DNA of 64,000 nt from Candidatus Thorarchaeota archaeon (GTDB taxonomy: Archaea > Asgardarchaeota > Thorarchaeia > Thorarchaeales > Thorarchaeaceae): assembly GCA_008080745.1 (NCBI GenBank), contig SHMX01000003.1, forward strand, positions 94,971-158,970, read 5' to 3'. Both the position numbers and the translations under genes were made by a program. Shown piece after piece: positions 58,612 to 64,000 of the stretch (positions are counted from its first letter, which is position 1; each line of letters starts with the position of its first letter). Under the pieces are notes generated by a model. The model was given only the letters and a program-made list of their open reading frames with translations. It did no database searches and was not told the DNA's origin.

Positions 58612-60258
58612 ATGGATAGGCGTGATGTAGTTAGATATGCAATAGTAGGAATTCCCTTTGCAATTCTGATTGTATTCATCGTCTATCCGGTCATCTCTGT
58701 TATTATCCGGGGGCTTTTGAGTCAACCAAGTGTAAATCTGCTGGAGGTAATCAACTCACCTATTACTCAGAGAACACTCATTTTTACTATAAGTCAAGCA
58801 TCTGTTAGTACGTTTCTTACCATTATAATCGGACTACCAGGAGCATTCTTAATTGCCCGTATCAAGTTTCGAGGAAGATGGCTTGTACGAGCAGCAATTG
58901 TTGTTCCTTTTGTACTCCCGCCTATTGCTGTAGTTGTGGGTTTTATCCAAATGTTCGGACCCTATGGTTTTGTTGACTCCATTGCAATGACAATACTAGG
59001 GACAAACCAATCAGTTCTAAACTTCGCTTATGGAATTATAGGCATTCTACTTGCTCATGTATTTTACAATATCCCACTGGTGATACTTATGGTGTCCTCT
59101 TCTTTGGAGAGGCTTAATCCAGACTTAGAAGATAGTGCTGAGAGCTTGGGTGCATCAAAGATACAGAAACTGCGACATATTATATTCCCCCACATCCGTT
59201 CATCCTTATTTGCATCCGGAATTCTGGTTTTTCTGTTTTGTTTCATGTCATTCCCAATTGTACTTGCTCTTGGAGAGAGAGGAATAATGACCGTAGAAGT
59301 GCAAATATGGAATGCTTTTCGAAATTTTGATTATGGAGAAGCCAGTGCACTGGTACTACTCCAAATTATCATAACAATGGCATTAGCAATTTCATATATC
59401 TATCTAAACAGAGGTGCAACGGATTCTTCTGGAGAAACAAGAAGCATAAGGAGAATTGGTTTGAGTGACCTTGAACTGAAAGAAAAAATTCTTGGTTCAA
59501 TCTATCTTATCCTCATTTTAATTCTAATAGCTGGTCCTATTCTTGCACTCGGTCGAGCTTCGATTTTTGATCCGACTACTGGAACTTATACACTCCGTGG
59601 ATTTGAGAATCTACTTGAACTAGGTCAAGGAGGTGGCCTGATACCATTAATCAACAGTCTCTACTACGGAGGACTTGCAACCATTCTGGCAATTGTATTG
59701 GGTATACCCTTGGCCTACGCCCATCAACAGCGTGGAAAGACAATGCCAACATTGTCATCTATTATGACATTATTGCCTCTTGGAATCTCATCCATAACTA
59801 TTGCATATGGTCTCATGCTTATGATAGCAGTTCCTTTAGGACTCAGTTTTAATCCATGGCCCATAATAATCATAGCCCAGACTATTATTGGACTTCCTTT
59901 CACTGTACGATCCATCGAAATCTCTTTACAGAAAATAGATCAGAATATTCTCGATCAAGCAGAATCACTAGGTGCATCACGTTTACAGAAGTTATTTTTT
60001 GTAGAGTTACCACTGCTTGCACCAGGGATACTTGTTGGTGGGGTTTTTGCTTTCGCAATGGCAATAGGGGAGATGTCTGCAACCCTCTTTATCGCCCTCC
60101 CACAAAATATCACGCTCTCAGTTCTAATTTACCAGCAGCTTGGAGTTAGGAAGTTTGTTGAGGCTGGTGCAGCAGCAGTAATATTAGTTACACTTTGTTT
60201 TATCGCATTCCTAATAATAGAACGTATTTCAGAAGATAGTACAGGAGGTATGCTCTGA
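58612..60258 (+). CDS. thiP: ABC transporter permease, fused double-domain (ThiP-like)
   Basis: 12 TM; two EAA loops (AESLGASKIQKLRHIIFPHI and AESLGASRLQKLFFVELP), characteristic of ThiP/FbpB-type duplicated permeases. Confidence 0.75.
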   Translation: MDRRDVVRYAIVGIPFAILIVFIVYPVISVIIRGLLSQPSVNLLEVINSPITQRTLIFTISQASVSTFLTIIIGLPGAFLIARIKFRGRWLVRAAIVVPFVLPPIAVVVGFIQMFGPYGFVDSIAMTILGTNQSVLNFAYGIIGILLAHVFYNIPLVILMVSSSLERLNPDLEDSAESLGASKIQKLRHIIFPHIRSSLFASGILVFLFCFMSFPIVLALGERGIMTVEVQIWNAFRNFDYGEASALVLLQIIITMALAISYIYLNRGATDSSGETRSIRRIGLSDLELKEKILGSIYLILILILIAGPILALGRASIFDPTTGTYTLRGFENLLELGQGGGLIPLINSLYYGGLATILAIVLGIPLAYAHQQRGKTMPTLSSIMTLLPLGISSITIAYGLMLMIAVPLGLSFNPWPIIIIAQTIIGLPFTVRSIEISLQKIDQNILDQAESLGASRLQKLFFVELPLLAPGILVGGVFAFAMAIGEMSATLFIALPQNITLSVLIYQQLGVRKFVEAGAAAVILVTLCFIAFLIIERISEDSTGGML

Positions 60259-61313
60259 TGGTTCGCGTTGAGCTAAAGCAACTCAATAGAGAATTCAAGG
60301 ACGGAACTAGAATAGGCCCCATAGATCTTTCTGTTGAAGAAGGGGAGCTTGTGACCTTGCTTGGTCCGAGTGGGTCGGGTAAGACCACTACTCTCAGAAT
60401 GGTCGCTGGATTTATCCCCATTGAAGAAGGTGACCTGCTGTTCGATGGAAAATCCGTCAAAGGATTATCGCCACGGGAAAGAACCATCGGAATGGTCTTT
60501 CAATCGATAGCATTGTTTCCCAATATGAATGTCTTTCAAAATATTGCATTTGCTCTTGAGATGGCTGAGAAACCTCGTGGTGAGGTGATAAAGAGGGTTG
60601 AAGAGCTTGCCAATCTGCTGGGAATTGAAAAATTGCTTCATCGAGATATTCATGAGATAAGTGGTGGTGAAGGACAAAGAGTTGCACTAGCCAGAGCACT
60701 CGCCAGAAATCCTAAGCTTCTCCTCTTGGATGAACCATTCTCAGCTCTGGACCCCCAATTACGAGAACGTCTTCAATACGAACTTAGGAGGATCCAACAG
60801 AGTCTAGGAATAACCACTATTTTCGTGACCCATAGTCAGCAAGAAGCATTTGCCATTTCTGACAGAATCGCAGTATTGGAGGATGGAGTGGTGGTTCAAG
60901 TAGGAACACCCAATGAGCTATATGAACATCCTGTCAACGATTTTGTTGCAAGATTCATTGGCTCTGGTAACGTCATTGAGGCATCTGTAGTTGAAACTGG
61001 TGAATCTGGTAGTGTGCTTCAATTCCATGGAATTGTAATAAACACAGAGAAAATTGTAACTAGTGAAAAAGTATTGATTTCTATAAAACCAGAGGACGTA
61101 GAAGTGTCTCTACAAGAAACGGAAAATTGTATGAAAGGCACTCTTGTTTCTACAACACCCCAAGTAGGAGCGCTCCGATTAATGATTGAAATTGCAAATC
61201 AGCAAATTCTTTCTATAGTCGAGAATGGAATTATGGATTCATTAGATGGACGGATTGGTAAAGAAATATTCGTGTCTTTCAAAGATAAAGGTGTACAGAT
61301 TCTCAACCAATGA
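60258..61313 (+). CDS. thiQ: ABC transporter ATP-binding protein (ThiQ/PotA-like)
   Basis: Walker A GPSGSGKTT, signature LSGGEGQRVALARAL, Walker B LLLDEPFSALD, H-loop VTHSQ; ATGA start/stop overlap with the permease; C-terminal TOBE-like domain. Confidence 0.85.
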   Translation: MVRVELKQLNREFKDGTRIGPIDLSVEEGELVTLLGPSGSGKTTTLRMVAGFIPIEEGDLLFDGKSVKGLSPRERTIGMVFQSIALFPNMNVFQNIAFALEMAEKPRGEVIKRVEELANLLGIEKLLHRDIHEISGGEGQRVALARALARNPKLLLLDEPFSALDPQLRERLQYELRRIQQSLGITTIFVTHSQQEAFAISDRIAVLEDGVVVQVGTPNELYEHPVNDFVARFIGSGNVIEASVVETGESGSVLQFHGIVINTEKIVTSEKVLISIKPEDVEVSLQETENCMKGTLVSTTPQVGALRLMIEIANQQILSIVENGIMDSLDGRIGKEIFVSFKDKGVQILNQ

Positions 61314-61317
61314 GAAA

Positions 61318-62508
61318 TTATTCGCTATATTCTGAGCTTTCATCTTCTTCATCAGAAGAGCTGGATTGTAGACGACGAACACCCACATCGGTTTCAAGCA
61401 TTTCTCGGTCTAGACTATCACGCATGTGTCTAATTATGCCATCGACCTCTTCTTCCCCAGGCAAGTCGGGAAGTTTCAGCTCCCTTCGTTCATCACTTTC
61501 TGAGAATGCGGCCAATAGATCTGGACCCCGAATTGGAGAGCCAATCTTTGATTCATATAGCTCTACTGCTTCCTCCGCCAAAAGCCTACGATCAACTAAA
61601 GCAAGTATTCGTTTTCGGATATATTGAGAATTTTCAACCATATCTGGAACTTTGTATTTATTCAATAAAAGCCCAATAACCTTGTTGGTAGCACGCTTCT
61701 GGATTATTGAAAAAACTAGTGTAAAGTTAATGACGATTGATAGGAGCGGCCCTAACGGTACCAGAATCACGAAAATTGGAATCCATGGGGCGGCACCTCC
61801 AGTATTTATTGTTAATTCAAGCCAAACTAGAATAATATCTACACCTGCAACAAATTCTAAGATATCTTCTAAATCGTCTCCGACATTACTGAGAGACCTA
61901 TCTCTAACATCTAAATGGAAAAGACCTGCAGTCTTTATCAGCCATGGAGCATAGTAGAACTGCATTAAAATGAAAGGGAGTAGTGCGGTACAAATTATGA
62001 GAACATAAATCCCAAACAGCATAATATCTGCAGATTCAACCACTACTAACATATCGAAACTGATGATGGTCAATGCAATCCCAGTTACTAATACTGAACC
62101 ATAAAGTGCTCTACGAAATATTTTGGAGAGAGATTGGTCAGACATATCAGGACAGAGAAAGTATTCACCTGTCTGACGTTTTAGAAAACTATGAATTTTC
62201 AAAGGTAATGATATCGACCTTGGATAATAGAGTATGATTATTCCAACTAATATTGCAACAACAGTGGCCCCTACGGAACCGATAAGCATCCAGGTAGTAT
62301 ACGGAATGATACGAGAGAGATCTATGCTTACTTGATTGAAAGCGTACAGTAAATATAACAATCCCCAAGTAGATCCAATCATCAGTAGAATGGAAACTGT
62401 GAAACCAAGTATCAATTCCCACATACTGATTGTTTTGGTTTCAGAAATTTGCTCCTTGTAAAAATCCATAGCATCTACCGTACCGGTCATAGATATCTCC
62501 AAAGACAA
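61318..62508 (-). CDS. Polytopic membrane protein with acidic Ser/Glu-rich C-terminal tail
   Basis: About 8 TM; C-terminal SSSSDEEDESSEYSE. Confidence 0.45.
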   Translation of the reverse strand: MSLEISMTGTVDAMDFYKEQISETKTISMWELILGFTVSILLMIGSTWGLLYLLYAFNQVSIDLSRIIPYTTWMLIGSVGATVVAILVGIIILYYPRSISLPLKIHSFLKRQTGEYFLCPDMSDQSLSKIFRRALYGSVLVTGIALTIISFDMLVVVESADIMLFGIYVLIICTALLPFILMQFYYAPWLIKTAGLFHLDVRDRSLSNVGDDLEDILEFVAGVDIILVWLELTINTGGAAPWIPIFVILVPLGPLLSIVINFTLVFSIIQKRATNKVIGLLLNKYKVPDMVENSQYIRKRILALVDRRLLAEEAVELYESKIGSPIRGPDLLAAFSESDERRELKLPDLPGEEEVDGIIRHMRDSLDREMLETDVGVRRLQSSSSDEEDESSEYSE

Positions 62509-62765
62509 CTTGGAAATGTAATAGATAAGCGTATTTTAGACCAATATACTAGACTAGATACACTCTTTACTAATCTGACAAAGAAGTTTATAGAGAAAAA
62601 TCCTATTCCATCCGAATAGGTATCTAACACACAAAGCTAAATATAGCGTAAATCGAGATAAACCGGTGTTGGACATACCGAACCAACTAAATAAGGCGTG
62701 GGAAAATCAATAATTTAACAAGCCCAGCTGATATAGATGGTCGGTATTGGGATAAAAAATACGTA

Positions 62766-63701
62766 GTGATTGAAATGGTACGGGGCTACGAAGTATCTGA
62801 AGACGGAACACTTCAAGAAGTAGAAATGGATAAGGACAGCCTAGACTCGACAAAAGTAGTCTGTGTTGTTGATGACGAAACAAAGAGCATATACCTGTGG
62901 AAAGGAAGTCAAGCAGGTGTTCGAAAGAAGTTTATTGGTGCTAGGGTGGCAACCAACTTACGTACTGAATATGGTTTTCATTTCAAGGTTCGTCCACTTG
63001 ATGAAGGTGAGGAACCACCTACATTCTTTACTGCTCTTGATGGGACTACAGCTGCCACACCGGTATTAAAACCAGGTGATCCAACACCTCCCGAGTCCAT
63101 AGCACCCCCGAAACCAAAACCTAAACCTAAACCAAAAGAGAAAGAAACAACCTCAACACCACCCCCGAAGCCTAAACCAAAGCCCGCTTCAACTACTACT
63201 AGTTCTGCTTCAACTGCACCTCCAGTACCAAAGTCCACAGGTTCTACAGCAGCACCGAAAACAGCTGCTACCACTTCAGCACCAGCAGTATCATCAACGG
63301 AAATTCAAAGTATGATAAAGGAGCTAGAAGAAACTGAACCACCAGAGGGATATCGGAGAGAATTACTTATCGTGTATAATGAACTCTTCACAGTAGCTGA
63401 ACATACCATCTCAGTCTTTGGACAAACCAAGATCGAACATAAATTTGAGAAGGTTAAAGACCCGCCAGAAGGGACTTTCATGGCTGAAGGTTTCGTTCCC
63501 CGTGTTATTGTAAAGGACGGCCGAGTCTTAGGTATCGAACTATTGAAAGGAACCCCTGATGCGATTCTTAGCCCAATTAAACAAGAGATGAAAGAACGTC
63601 TTGGAGACCTAATCACCTTCTTCAGGTCCGAAGTTGACGAGGGCACAATAGAGGAAGAAGAAAAGGGAAAAAGCGATAAGAAGAAACTCGTAGCCAAATA
63701 G
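62766..63701 (+). CDS. Gelsolin-domain protein (single gelsolin domain + PKP-rich linker + C-terminal domain; 1DGelX-like)
   Basis: VVCVVDDETKSIYLWKGSQAGVRKKFIGARVATNLRTEYGFHFKVRPLDEGEEPPTFFTAL fits the gelsolin-repeat pattern (hydrophobic-YhWhG...EGxEP..F). Then PPKPKPKPKPKEKE...PKPKPKP linker and a roughly 120-aa C-terminal domain. Confidence 0.55.
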   Translation: MIEMVRGYEVSEDGTLQEVEMDKDSLDSTKVVCVVDDETKSIYLWKGSQAGVRKKFIGARVATNLRTEYGFHFKVRPLDEGEEPPTFFTALDGTTAATPVLKPGDPTPPESIAPPKPKPKPKPKEKETTSTPPPKPKPKPASTTTSSASTAPPVPKSTGSTAAPKTAATTSAPAVSSTEIQSMIKELEETEPPEGYRRELLIVYNELFTVAEHTISVFGQTKIEHKFEKVKDPPEGTFMAEGFVPRVIVKDGRVLGIELLKGTPDAILSPIKQEMKERLGDLITFFRSEVDEGTIEEEEKGKSDKKKLVAK

Positions 63702-63732
63702 GACAACGTCATATGCTTGAGGAGAGAAAGAG

Positions 63733-64000
63733 ATGTCATCACAACTAGATCCCGAAAAAGAAAGAGAACTTGTTGAACTTCTTATGGGACTAACTAACTA
63801 TGCAGACCTAGACGCCATTGCAGTAATTACTAAGCAGGGTGTGAAACTGGCATATTTCGCCACTGAAGAATCAGATACTGACCCAGATCTAATGGCAGCA
63901 GTAAGTGCTGCATTACTAGCAACTGGAGAAATGGCAGCTGGGAGATTAGATCTTGATGAATTATTTGAAGTAACCGTGCGAGGAAAAAGGGGATTTGCTG
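63733..64000 (+). CDS. Roadblock/LC7 (MglB-like) domain protein, 3' end outside window
   Basis: LMGLTNYADLDAIAVITKQGVKLAYFATEESDTDPDLMAAVSAALLATGEMAAGRL matches Roadblock/LC7 fold pattern. Confidence 0.55.
   Translation, partial: MSSQLDPEKERELVELLMGLTNYADLDAIAVITKQGVKLAYFATEESDTDPDLMAAVSAALLATGEMAAGRLDLDELFEVTVRGKRGFA

Noticed and set aside
63100-63200. Periodic ccgaaaccaaaacctaaacctaaacc repeat
   Set aside because: It is the coding sequence of the (PK)n linker in the gelsolin-domain protein, not a CRISPR or tandem-repeat element.
1-64000. CRISPR arrays, IS elements, integrases, rRNA/tRNA genes
   Set aside because: Scanned intergenic regions for direct repeat-spacer periodicity, transposase/integrase-like ORFs and tRNA consensus; none found.

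Overview
This 64 kb window reads as gene-dense archaeal chromosome, roughly 40% GC by eye, with no rRNA, tRNA, CRISPR array or transposase found. It looks like an Asgard (Thorarchaeota-like) archaeon. The evidence is an archaeal/eukaryote-like core set (thermosome subunit, archaeal-type SAM synthetase, class-I TrpRS with HIGH/KMSSS, HisRS, Rpo6/RpoK, Fap7/AK6-like kinase, Ard1-like N-acetyltransferase) next to eukaryote-signature genes at the 3' end: a single-domain gelsolin protein with a PKPKPK linker (1DGelX-like) and a Roadblock/LC7 protein. Other confident calls are:
- AlaX-L editing protein
- a GT-C membrane glycosyltransferase
- an 1100-aa HTH-multiPAS-GAF sensor
- an NhaP Na+/H+ antiporter with a PhoU-like neighbour
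- a divergent Ski2/Hel308-like helicase operon
- an HTH-CBS regulator
- an MgtC/DUF4010 membrane protein, a Memo-like protein and an MFS transporter
- a glycyl-radical enzyme with its activase and a double flavin-barrel protein
- an Ig-repeat surface protein
- a ThiR-like (HTH+ThiN) regulator divergent from a ThiBPQ-like ABC transporter
The accessory content includes an AT-rich Eco57I/TaqI-like N6-adenine DNA methyltransferase, several zinc-ribbon membrane proteins (one tandem paralog pair), an SPFH (Band_7_1) protein with a zinc-ribbon tail, a frameshifted surface-protein gene, and a highly self-complementary 370-bp spacer between convergent genes that may encode a structured RNA. Functions are inferred from motifs read in the translated ORFs; no database search was possible.
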